Of a DNA stretch of 64,000 bases, positions 27,915 through 36,567 are shown piece after piece (the first letter of the stretch is position 1; each line of letters begins with the position of its first letter). The DNA is taken from the NCBI GenBank assembly GCA_002493965.1, contig DLAP01000022.1, positions 11,621 through 75,620 of the forward strand. Direction: 5' to 3'. The notes under the pieces were generated by a model. The model saw only the letters and a list, made by a program, of their open reading frames with translations, ran no database searches and had not been told where the DNA came from. This DNA is from Clostridiales bacterium UBA7044 (lineage in GTDB: Bacteria > Bacillota > Clostridia > Oscillospirales > Oscillospiraceae). Both the position numbers and the translations under genes were made by a program.

Positions 27915-27943
27915 TTGACCAAATCTGAACAAATGAATATGAT
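27915..27943 (+). promoter_or_regulatory. Promoter of the ICE operon
   Basis: TTGACC-N17-TATGAT. Confidence 0.6.
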
Positions 27944-28105
27944 TTTATTGCGAAAGCGCTCAGTGTTCCTGCTGGGCGCTTTTTGCATTTCCGGGGACTA
28001 ATGTTCCGGGATCAGAAAAAGCCGTCACTCTTTTTTCAAGAAAGTAGTGGCGGCTTTTTCTATTTCCAGAACCAAACACGACAAACAGAAACGAGGTGAA
28101 ATACG

Positions 28106-28927
28106 ATGAACCCACAAATCATCGCCGTCGCCAACCAGAAGGGCGGCGTCGGCAAGACGACCACTTGTGCCAACTTAGGGATCGGGCTGGCGCAGGCCGG
28201 AAAAAAGGTGCTGCTGGTGGACGCAGACCCCCAGGCCAGCCTCACCATCAGCCTGGGCAACCCGCAGCCGGACAAGCTGCCCTTTACTCTGTCCGACGCG
28301 ATGGGCCGCATCCTCATGGACGAGCCGCTGCACTCCGGCGAGGGCATCCTGCACCACCCGGAGGGCGTGGATCTGATGCCCGCCGACATCCAGCTGTCCG
28401 GCATGGAGGTGTCGCTGGTAAACGCCATGAGCCGCGAGACCGTCTTACGGCAGTATCTGGACACCGTGAAGGGACAGTATTCCCATATCCTCATCGACTG
28501 CCAGCCTTCCCTGGGAATGCTCACGGTCAATGCACTGGCGGCAGCCAACAGGATCATAGTCCCAGTCCAGGCGGAGTATCTGCCTGCCAAGGGCCTGGAA
28601 CAACTGTTGTCCACCATCAGCAAGGTCAAGCGGCAGCTGAACCCCAAGCTCCAGATCGACGGCATCCTGCTGACGATGGTGGACAGCCGAACCAATTTTG
28701 CGAAAGAGATCGCCGCCCTGCTGCGGGAGACCTACGGCAGCAAAATCAAGGTATTCGGCACCGAGATTCCCCATTCGGTCCGGGCCAAGGAGATCAGCGC
28801 CGAGGGCAAGAGCATCTTCGCCCACGACCCCGGCGGCAAGGTGGCCGAGGGCTACCGCAATCTGACGAAGGAGGTGTTGAAACTTGAAAAGCAGCGCGAA
28901 AAAAGTAGAGCTGGCCTCGGTAGATGA
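28106..28927 (+). CDS. parA: ParA/Soj-family ATPase
   Basis: NQKGGVGKTTT, DADPQ, IDCQPSLG. Confidence 0.95.
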   Translation: MNPQIIAVANQKGGVGKTTTCANLGIGLAQAGKKVLLVDADPQASLTISLGNPQPDKLPFTLSDAMGRILMDEPLHSGEGILHHPEGVDLMPADIQLSGMEVSLVNAMSRETVLRQYLDTVKGQYSHILIDCQPSLGMLTVNALAAANRIIVPVQAEYLPAKGLEQLLSTISKVKRQLNPKLQIDGILLTMVDSRTNFAKEIAALLRETYGSKIKVFGTEIPHSVRAKEISAEGKSIFAHDPGGKVAEGYRNLTKEVLKLEKQREKSRAGLGR

Positions 28928-29813
28928 CTTGTTCTCCACAGAGGAAAGCCGGGCCGACGCCCAGCGGGAAAAGGTTCTGGAAATTCCCCTGTCGGAGCTG
29001 CATCCGTTCAAGGACCACCCCTTTAAGGTCAAGGACGATGAGGCCATGATGGAGACCGCCGACAGCATCCGGCAATATGGCGTGCTGGTTCCGGCCATCG
29101 CCCGCCCGGACCCCAACGGCGGCTATGAGCTGGTCGCCGGTCACCGGCGTCATCGGGCCAGCGAACTGGCTGGCAAGGATACCATGCCGGTCATTGTCCG
29201 TGACCTGGACGACGATCAGGCCACCATCATCATGGTTGACAGCAACTTGCAGCGAGAAAGCCTGCTCCCCAGCGAGCGGGCTTTTGCTTATAAGATGAAG
29301 CTGGAGGCCATCAAGCACCAGGGGGCCAGAACAGACCTGACTTCTGTTCAAGTTGAACAGAAGTTAAGCGCCCGTGACCGCGTGGCGAAAGATGCAGGTG
29401 AGCGCAGCGGCATACAGGTTATGCGCTACATCCGCCTTACCGAGTTAATTCCCGAACTGCTGGACATGGTGGATGAGAAGAAAATTGCCTTCAACCCGGC
29501 CTATGAGCTGTCTTTCCTCAAAAGAGAGGAACAGACGCAGCTTTTGGACGCGATGGACAGCGAACAGGCCACGCCGTCGCTCTCCCAGGCCCAGCGGCTG
29601 AAAAAATACAGCCAAGAGGGACATCTGACCCTCGACATGATGCGCGTCATCATGGGCGAGGAAAAGAAAAGCGACCTGGACAAGATCACCTTCACCAGCG
29701 ACACCCTGCGCAAGTATTTTCCCAGGAGCTACACCCCCGCCCGGATGCAAGAGACCATTATCAAGCTGCTGGAAGCGTGGCAGCGCAAGCGCCAGAGAGA
29801 CCAGGAGCGATGA
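28884..29813 (+). CDS. parB: ParB-family partition protein
   Basis: YELVAGHRR, SNLQRE, HTH; TTG start overlapping parA. Confidence 0.93.
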   Translation: MKSSAKKVELASVDDLFSTEESRADAQREKVLEIPLSELHPFKDHPFKVKDDEAMMETADSIRQYGVLVPAIARPDPNGGYELVAGHRRHRASELAGKDTMPVIVRDLDDDQATIIMVDSNLQRESLLPSERAFAYKMKLEAIKHQGARTDLTSVQVEQKLSARDRVAKDAGERSGIQVMRYIRLTELIPELLDMVDEKKIAFNPAYELSFLKREEQTQLLDAMDSEQATPSLSQAQRLKKYSQEGHLTLDMMRVIMGEEKKSDLDKITFTSDTLRKYFPRSYTPARMQETIIKLLEAWQRKRQRDQER

Positions 29814-29824
29814 AAGGAGCGCCT

Positions 29825-30091
29825 ATGAGGGATATTTCAGCCCGTGAGCTGAAAGGACACAACATTCTTGCCGTGGAGCGTTTTCGGGACAATACCCGCT
29901 GGATGATCGAGTTTTCCGTCCTGCGCCCCTGCACCTACGGCAGCCCCGGCGATGAAATGCGGCTGTTTCTCACTGAGGACGGCTATCAGGCCGCCTTACT
30001 CAGCCAGCAGCGCCGGGACATCAAAATCAAAAAGTGCGCCCATGTGGTTGAGGGGCACGTCCTGTATGTAAAGAAAAAGCGGAGGAAATGA
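29825..30091 (+). CDS. ICE hypothetical protein (DUF5720-like)
   Basis: AAAGGAG RBS; MRDISARELKGHNILAVERF. Confidence 0.7.
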   Translation: MRDISARELKGHNILAVERFRDNTRWMIEFSVLRPCTYGSPGDEMRLFLTEDGYQAALLSQQRRDIKIKKCAHVVEGHVLYVKKKRRK

Positions 30092-30092
30092 G

Positions 30093-30596
30093 ATGTTCAG
30101 AGAAAAAGAAATCTGTGATGCCATTCGCACAGCGTATCTGCACCTGTTCCCTGATAAAAAGGAACGGAAACGGGCGCTCTCCAGACTGGACCTGGAGCTT
30201 GTGGCGCAGGGCATCCGCTATCGCGGAGAAAGCGTCCTCGCTTACCAGACTTCCGGCAGCCATGCGTGCGCCCTGGACTATTACGGGCCGGAGCTGTTTC
30301 CCCAGCGGGGATGCTGCATTTACCAAAAAACGGTCCAAAGTCATTCCACGCAGGTGGATGCCGCCTGTATCCGGGAACTGTGGTTTCTGGAGGATGGACG
30401 GTTTGTGGAGGTGTCCGGCGTGACTACAAAATACCGTTCGGCATACGAGCGGTTTTCTACCTGCTACCGCACGGTACACCATATCGTCAAGGGCCGGGAC
30501 TGGCAGGACTATCCGCCAGAGGAGATTGCCGATGCCTTTGAGGACATCAACGACCATCCTTTTGACGGGATGCCCGGAGTTTTCTATGAAGTTTGA
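30093..30596 (+). CDS. Hypothetical protein
   Basis: GGAGG RBS, 167-aa ORF abutting the previous gene. Confidence 0.75.
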   Translation: MFREKEICDAIRTAYLHLFPDKKERKRALSRLDLELVAQGIRYRGESVLAYQTSGSHACALDYYGPELFPQRGCCIYQKTVQSHSTQVDAACIRELWFLEDGRFVEVSGVTTKYRSAYERFSTCYRTVHHIVKGRDWQDYPPEEIADAFEDINDHPFDGMPGVFYEV

Positions 30597-30655
30597 GCCG
30601 CGCCATAACTGACAGCGGCTTTTTTCATGCCATAAATGCCGAGAGGAGTGATGAA

Positions 30656-31534
30656 ATGGCCGTTTTTCGTATTGAACGGACCCGTGATTATACCGTGATG
30701 AGCAACCATCACCTGCGCGACAAGGCGTTGTCGCTGAAATCCAAGGGGCTTTTGTCCATGATGCTGTCCTTGCCGGAGGACTGGAACTACACCACCAGAG
30801 GACTTGCGAAAATCTGCAAGGAGGGCGTGGACGCCATCGGCGGGGCACTGCGGGAGCTGGAAAGCGCCGGGTACATCGTCCGCCACCAGATGCGGGACCG
30901 CCAGGGCCGCATCAGCGACACCGAGTATGTCATCTATGAGCAGCCCCAGCCCAAAGCGCCGGATACGCCCCAGCCGGATACGGCTTCACCAGATACGGAA
31001 AACCCGTATCTGGCTGACCCGGATACGGAAAAGCCCGCAGAATTAAATATAGAGAAATCAAAGACCCAAAAACAAACAACGGATGTACCAAGTACCGATT
31101 CCATTCCCTTCCGGGAGAAAGCGGCGGCCAGGCCGCCGGAACGGAAAGGACGGGATGCGATGTCGGTGGAGGAAATGCAGGATTATCGGGATTTGGTGTT
31201 GGAGAACATCGAGTACGACCACCTGTGCCGGGAGTTTTCGACCTACCGGGAGGATTTGGACGAGATCGTGGAGCTGATCGTGGAGACGGTCTGTGCCAGA
31301 CGCAAGACCACCCGCATTGCCGGGGCGGACTTCCCCCATGAGGTGGTGCGGTCCCGGTTCTTGAAGCTGGACAGCTCCCACATCGAGTTCGTCATGGAGT
31401 GCCTGCACAACAACACCACCGAAATCCGCAACATGAAGCAGTACCTGCTGACCGTGCTGTTCAACGCGCCTACCACCATGAACAACCACTACACGGCCCA
31501 GGTCAACCACGATATGCACGCAGGCGGCTGGTAA
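30656..31534 (+). CDS. Replication initiator (N-terminal HTH, C-terminal DUF6017-like)
   Basis: YTVMSNHHL..LSLKSKGLL..ELESAGY; KLDSSHIEFV..IRNMKQYLL; GAGGAG RBS. Confidence 0.8.
   Translation: MAVFRIERTRDYTVMSNHHLRDKALSLKSKGLLSMMLSLPEDWNYTTRGLAKICKEGVDAIGGALRELESAGYIVRHQMRDRQGRISDTEYVIYEQPQPKAPDTPQPDTASPDTENPYLADPDTEKPAELNIEKSKTQKQTTDVPSTDSIPFREKAAARPPERKGRDAMSVEEMQDYRDLVLENIEYDHLCREFSTYREDLDEIVELIVETVCARRKTTRIAGADFPHEVVRSRFLKLDSSHIEFVMECLHNNTTEIRNMKQYLLTVLFNAPTTMNNHYTAQVNHDMHAGGW
30959..31027. repeat. Iteron-like repeats inside the rep gene
   Basis: CC(G/A)GATACG at 30959, 30974, 30989, 31019 plus an inverted copy at 31005-31013. Confidence 0.65.
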
Positions 31535-31573
31535 CGGCCGTCTTTTTTGCTGCACTGCCGAAGGAGGCACGAT

Positions 31574-32341
31574 ATGAACCAGATGGAAATTTTCAAAAAC
31601 CCGGAGTTTGGCAGCATCCGCACTTTTGAGCAGGACGGCAAGGTGCTGTTCTGCGGAACGGATGTAGCCGCTGCTTTGGGATATGCCAATCCCCGTAAAG
31701 CCGTCCGCGACCACACCCGCTGTGGAACGAAATGTTCCATAGGGGTCCAGACCGGGAAAAAGGCGGATGGCACGCCCGCCGTGCAGATGGTGGAAATGCT
31801 TTTTATCCCCGAAGGTGATGTGTACCGCCTTATTGTTCACAGCAAGCTGCCCTCGGCGGAGCGGTTTGAACGCTGGGTGTTCGATGAAGTCCTGCCCAGC
31901 ATTCGCCAGCACGGGGCCTACCTCACCAGGGAAAAGCTGTGGGAGGTCGCCACCTCGCCGGAGGCACTGCTGAAACTCTGCTCCGACCTGCTGGCCGAGC
32001 GCGAGAAGAATGCGGCGCTGCAAGCGGACAACGCCCGGCTGCAAGGCAAGGCCGTCTACTACGACCTGTTCATCGACCTGCGCCACAGCACCAACCTGCG
32101 CACCACCGCCAAGGAGCTGGACGTGCCGGAGCGGCGCTTTGTCCGCTTTCTGCTGGAACGCCGGTACGTCTACCGCACCCCCTCCGGCTGCGTGCTGCCC
32201 TACGCTAAGAGCGCCAACGTGGGGCTGTTCTGCGTGAAAGATTTTTGCCGCAACGGCCACACCGGCTCTTATACGCTGGTGACGCCCAAGGGCAAGCTGC
32301 ACTTTGCGGAACTGCGTTCCCTGATTCTGGTGACGGTATGA
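31574..32341 (+). CDS. Phage-type antirepressor (BRO-N plus KilAC/ANT)
   Basis: IFKNPEFGSIR, DVAAALGY, FERWVFDEVLPSIR..GAY, TLVTPKG. Confidence 0.88.
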   Translation: MNQMEIFKNPEFGSIRTFEQDGKVLFCGTDVAAALGYANPRKAVRDHTRCGTKCSIGVQTGKKADGTPAVQMVEMLFIPEGDVYRLIVHSKLPSAERFERWVFDEVLPSIRQHGAYLTREKLWEVATSPEALLKLCSDLLAEREKNAALQADNARLQGKAVYYDLFIDLRHSTNLRTTAKELDVPERRFVRFLLERRYVYRTPSGCVLPYAKSANVGLFCVKDFCRNGHTGSYTLVTPKGKLHFAELRSLILVTV

Positions 32342-32428
32342 CGCACCGCCACCTGATCCGGCGGCTGGTGGTCCCGCCTTAGTATTCAAGATCACCCACT
32401 GCATAACCGACGAAGGGAGGCGAGAAAA

Positions 32429-32929
32429 ATGCAGGAGGAAGTGGAAAACAGGACTTTGACGCTGATCGTCAGCGGCACCAAGTTCACCGGGCGGCTGTTC
32501 AAGGCCGCCATATCCAAGTACATGGCTCACCGCAGGGAGAAGAGGCTGGAAAAGCAGCGCAGCCGGGATTCCCCCGTCACCCCCAAGGGCAAACAGACGG
32601 TGAAGCAGCTCATCGGTCAGAACCAGGGCGTCTCCAACATCGAGATCAACGACCCGTCCATCAAGGATTTTGAGCGCATCGCCCGCAAGTACGGCGTGGA
32701 CTATGCGGTGAAAAAGGACCGCAGCACTTCGCCGCCCAAATACCTGATCTTCTTCAAGGCCCGCGACGCCGACGCCCTGACCGCTGCTTTTACCGAGTAC
32801 ACCGGCAAAAAAGTCAAAAAGGCGGAGAAAACCGAGCGCCCGTCTGTGCTGGAGAAGCTCGCCCAGTTCAAAGAGCTGCTCAAAAATACCGTGGTGGACC
32901 GCAGCCGCCGGAAGGAGCTGGAACGATGA
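32429..32929 (+). CDS. pcfB: PcfB family protein
   Basis: MQEEVENR, GKQTVKQL, RKYGVDYAVKKD, FFKARDAD. Confidence 0.85.
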   Translation: MQEEVENRTLTLIVSGTKFTGRLFKAAISKYMAHRREKRLEKQRSRDSPVTPKGKQTVKQLIGQNQGVSNIEINDPSIKDFERIARKYGVDYAVKKDRSTSPPKYLIFFKARDADALTAAFTEYTGKKVKKAEKTERPSVLEKLAQFKELLKNTVVDRSRRKELER

Positions 32930-34755
32930 AGCAGGTGAATGTGAAAAAGCTGGTGCTGCTGAACCTGCCCTATTTCCTGCTGGGCCTTTTTGCCACCAAC
33001 CTGGGCGAAGCCTGGCGGCTGGCAACCGGCGCGGATGCCTCGGCCAAGATGCTCTCGTTCTTCTCCACCCTGCCGGTGGCGCTGGGCAGCTGGTGGCCCA
33101 GCCTGCACCCGCTGGATTTGCTGGTGGGGCTTTGCTGCGGCGCTGGCCTGCGGCTGGCGGTGTATCTGAAAGGCAAGAACGCCAAAAAATACCGCCACAA
33201 CGTGGAGTACGGGTCGGCCCGATGGGGCACCCATGAGGATATTGCCCCCTACATGGACCCGGTGTTCCAGAACAACGTCATCCTGACCCAGACCGAACGG
33301 CTCACCATGTCCAGCCGCCCCAAGAATCCCAAGTATGCCCGCAACAAGAACGTGCTGGTCATCGGCGGTTCCGGCTCCGGCAAGACCCGGTTCTGGTTGA
33401 AGCCGAATTTGATGCAGATGCACAGCTCCTATGTGGTCACCGACCCCAAGGGCACCATCCTGGTGGAGTGCGGCAAAATGCTCCAGCGCGGCGCGCCCAA
33501 GCTGGGCAAGGACGGCAAGCCGGTGAAGGACAAGAACGGCAAGGTTATCTACGAACCGTACCAAATCCGGGTGCTGAACACCATCAACTTCAAGAAGTCC
33601 ATGCACTATAACCCCTTCAGCTATATCCATAGTGAAAAGGACATCTTGAAGCTGGTGACAACGCTGATCGCCAACACCAAGGGCGAGGGCAAGGCCGGGG
33701 ACGATTTCTGGGTCAAGGCGGAGACGCTGCTGTACTGCGCACTCATCGGCTACATCCACTACGAGGCCCCGGTGGAGGAACAGAATTTTTCCACTCTCAT
33801 TGAGATGATCAACAGCATGGAGGTCCGGGAGGACGATGAGGAGTTCAAAAACGCCGTGGACTTGATGTTCGATGAGCTGAAAGAACGGGAACCCAACCAT
33901 TTTGCGGTGCGGCAATATGCCAAATATAAATTGGCCGCGGGCAAAACCGCTAAGTCGATTTTGGTGAGCTGCGGTGCCCGGCTGGCGGTGTTCGACATTG
34001 CCGAGCTGCGGGAGGTCACGTCCTACGACGAGCTGGAGCTGGACACCCTGGGTGACCGCCGGACGGCGTTGTTCCTCATTATGAGCGATACCGATGACAG
34101 CTTTAACTTCCTGATCTCCATGTGCTACACCCAGCTGTTCAATCTCTTGTGCGAGAAAGCCGACGATGTGTACGGCGGACGGCTGCCGGTCCATGTGCGC
34201 TGCCTCATTGACGAGTGCGCCAACATCGGCCAGATCCCCAAGCTGGAAAAGCTGGTGGCTACCATCCGAAGCCGTGAGATTTCTGCCTGCCTGGTATTGC
34301 AGGCGCAGAGCCAGCTCAAGGCCATCTACAAGGACAACGCCGATACCATCATCGGAAATATGGATTCTTCCATCTTCCTGGGCGGCAAGGAGCCGACCAC
34401 ATTGAAGGAGCTGGAAGCCGTGTTGGGCAAGGAAACCATTGACACCTACAACACCGGCGAGAGCCGGGGGCGGGAAACTTCCCACTCGCTCAACTATCAA
34501 AAATTAGGGAAGGCGCTGATGAGCCAGGATGAGCTGGCCGTCATGGATGGCGGCAAGTGCATCCTCCAGCTGCGCGGGGTGCGGCCGTTTCTGTCGGACA
34601 AGTACGACATCACCCAGCACACCAACTACAAGTACACCGCCGACGCCGACCCGAAAAATGCGTTCAGCATTGAAGATTTCCTGCGGGCCAGGCTGAAGCT
34701 CAAACCCAACCAGGTCTGCGACGTGTATGAGATCGACGCCGCATCCGACGATTGA
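32926..34755 (+). CDS. virD4: Type IV coupling protein VirD4/TraG
   Basis: YGSARW, GGSGSGKT, TDPKG, LIDECANIG, IRSR. Confidence 0.95.
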   Translation: MKQVNVKKLVLLNLPYFLLGLFATNLGEAWRLATGADASAKMLSFFSTLPVALGSWWPSLHPLDLLVGLCCGAGLRLAVYLKGKNAKKYRHNVEYGSARWGTHEDIAPYMDPVFQNNVILTQTERLTMSSRPKNPKYARNKNVLVIGGSGSGKTRFWLKPNLMQMHSSYVVTDPKGTILVECGKMLQRGAPKLGKDGKPVKDKNGKVIYEPYQIRVLNTINFKKSMHYNPFSYIHSEKDILKLVTTLIANTKGEGKAGDDFWVKAETLLYCALIGYIHYEAPVEEQNFSTLIEMINSMEVREDDEEFKNAVDLMFDELKEREPNHFAVRQYAKYKLAAGKTAKSILVSCGARLAVFDIAELREVTSYDELELDTLGDRRTALFLIMSDTDDSFNFLISMCYTQLFNLLCEKADDVYGGRLPVHVRCLIDECANIGQIPKLEKLVATIRSREISACLVLQAQSQLKAIYKDNADTIIGNMDSSIFLGGKEPTTLKELEAVLGKETIDTYNTGESRGRETSHSLNYQKLGKALMSQDELAVMDGGKCILQLRGVRPFLSDKYDITQHTNYKYTADADPKNAFSIEDFLRARLKLKPNQVCDVYEIDAASDD

Positions 34756-34969
34756 TGTTCCGCTATGAAAGGAGGGGTCCTATCTACCCGCCACAACCGC
34801 CCCGCTGGGGCCATTGGCGTACAAAGCGGACGATCTCTATCAAAAAATTGAAAAAGGAGGAAGGCCGGAATCAAGCCCCCGGAAACCGGGCGGCGATCAT
34901 CCGGCTTTTGTATGCCTATGAACCATGACTAAATCAAACTTTTCAAACTGATTCCGGCCAACTTTATTT

Positions 34970-35188
34970 ATGGAATTTTTCAATCAGGCAATCACCGTTC
35001 TCCAGACCCTCGTTATCGCCCTCGGTGCCGGTCTCGGCGTGTGGGGTGTCATCAACCTGCTGGAAGGTTACGGCAACGACAACCCCGGCGCGAAAAGCCA
35101 GGGCATGAAACAGCTGATGGCCGGCGCGGGCGTCGCCATCGTTGGCATGGTCCTCGTACCGCTGCTGTCCGGCCTGTTCACCGTCTGA
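34970..35188 (+). CDS. Maff2-family small membrane protein (pilin-like)
   Basis: GAGLGVWGVINLLEGYGNDNPGAKSQGMKQLMAG. Confidence 0.88.
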   Translation: MEFFNQAITVLQTLVIALGAGLGVWGVINLLEGYGNDNPGAKSQGMKQLMAGAGVAIVGMVLVPLLSGLFTV

Positions 35189-35258
35189 TCGTACCCCGCT
35201 GAAATCCTCGCCCCCTCCCGCGCACAGCGGGAGGGGCTGAAAGGAGGTTTGACACCGT

Positions 35259-36128
35259 ATGGATTTCTTATTGGATGCCTTGACCAACTGGCTGAAAGAG
35301 ATGCTGGTGGGCGGCATCATGGGAAACTTATCGGGGATGTTTGACAGCGTAAATCAGCAGGTCGCGGACATCGCCACACAGGTGGGCCAGACCCCGCAGG
35401 GGTGGAACGGCAGCATTTTCAGTATGATCCAGAACCTCTCCAACTCCATCATGGTGCCGATTGCTGGCGTGATCCTGGCCATCGTGATGACGCTGGAGCT
35501 GATCCAGATGATTACCGACCGCAACAACCTGCATGATGTGGACACCTGGATGATCTTCAAATGGGTGTTCAAGTCCGCCGCCGCGATTTTGCTCGTCACC
35601 AACACCTGGAACCTCGTCATGGCCGTGTTCGACATGGCCCAAAGCGTGGTGGCCCAGGCGTCCGGCATCATCGGTTCGGACGCGTCTATCGACATCTCCG
35701 CTGTTATGACCGATATGGAGTCCCGGCTGATGGATATGGACCTGGGGCCGCTGTTCGGCCTGTGGTTCCAGTCGCTTTTTATCGGCATTACCATGTGGGC
35801 GCTGTATATCTGCATTTTCATCGTCATTTATGGCCGTATGATCGAAATTTACCTTGTCACATCGGTGGCCCCCATCCCGATGGCGACCATGATGGGCAAG
35901 GAATGGGGCGGCATGGGCCAGAACTACCTGCGCAGCCTGCTGGCCCTGGGCTTCCAGGCGTTTTTGATTATCGTCTGCGTGGCGATCTACGCCGTGCTGG
36001 TGCAGAACATCGCCACCGAGGAGGACATCATCATGGCGATCTGGAGCTGCGTGGGCTACACCGTGCTGCTGTGTTTTACGCTGTTCAAGACCGGCAGCCT
36101 CGCGAAAGCAGTGTTTCAGGCGCACTGA
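35259..36128 (+). CDS. VirB6/TrbL-like polytopic T4SS protein
   Basis: GRMIEIYL..APIP.AT, multiple TMs, position between maff2 and prgI. Confidence 0.85.
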   Translation: MDFLLDALTNWLKEMLVGGIMGNLSGMFDSVNQQVADIATQVGQTPQGWNGSIFSMIQNLSNSIMVPIAGVILAIVMTLELIQMITDRNNLHDVDTWMIFKWVFKSAAAILLVTNTWNLVMAVFDMAQSVVAQASGIIGSDASIDISAVMTDMESRLMDMDLGPLFGLWFQSLFIGITMWALYICIFIVIYGRMIEIYLVTSVAPIPMATMMGKEWGGMGQNYLRSLLALGFQAFLIIVCVAIYAVLVQNIATEEDIIMAIWSCVGYTVLLCFTLFKTGSLAKAVFQAH

Positions 36129-36150
36129 GCCAGGAAGGAGGATGCTCAAA

Positions 36151-36567
36151 ATGGCTTATGTACCCGTACCCAAAGACCTGACGAAAGTCAAAACCAAGGT
36201 CGCATTCAACTTAACCAAGAGGCAGCTTGTCTGCTTCGGCTGCGGGGCGCTCATCGGCGTGCCGCTTTTCTTTTTGCTCCGGGGTCCTGCTGGCAACAGC
36301 GTGGCGGCCATGTGCATGATGCTCGTCATGCTGCCCTTCTTCATGCTGGCGATGTATGAAAAACACGGCCAGCCCCTGGAAAAGATCATCGGCAACATCC
36401 TCAAAGTGGCCGTCATCCGGCCCAAGCAGCGCCTCTACCGCACCAACAACTTCTATGCCGTGTTGGAGCGGCAGGCAAATCTCGACAAGGAGGTGTATGA
36501 CATTGTTCGCGGTAAAGACAAAGCGGCAGGCCGAACCGGCACAGCCGCAGACCAAACTCCGGCGTAA
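36151..36567 (+). CDS. prgI: PrgI family protein
   Basis: VPVPKDL..KTKVAFNLTKRQ, GQPLEK. Confidence 0.9.
   Translation: MAYVPVPKDLTKVKTKVAFNLTKRQLVCFGCGALIGVPLFFLLRGPAGNSVAAMCMMLVMLPFFMLAMYEKHGQPLEKIIGNILKVAVIRPKQRLYRTNNFYAVLERQANLDKEVYDIVRGKDKAAGRTGTAADQTPA

Noticed and set aside
27657..28100. Possible CRISPR array or tRNA at the ICE junction
   Set aside because: Repeats are short, only two to four copies, with no spacer periodicity; no cloverleaf recognised. No CRISPR, tRNA or rRNA recognised anywhere in the window
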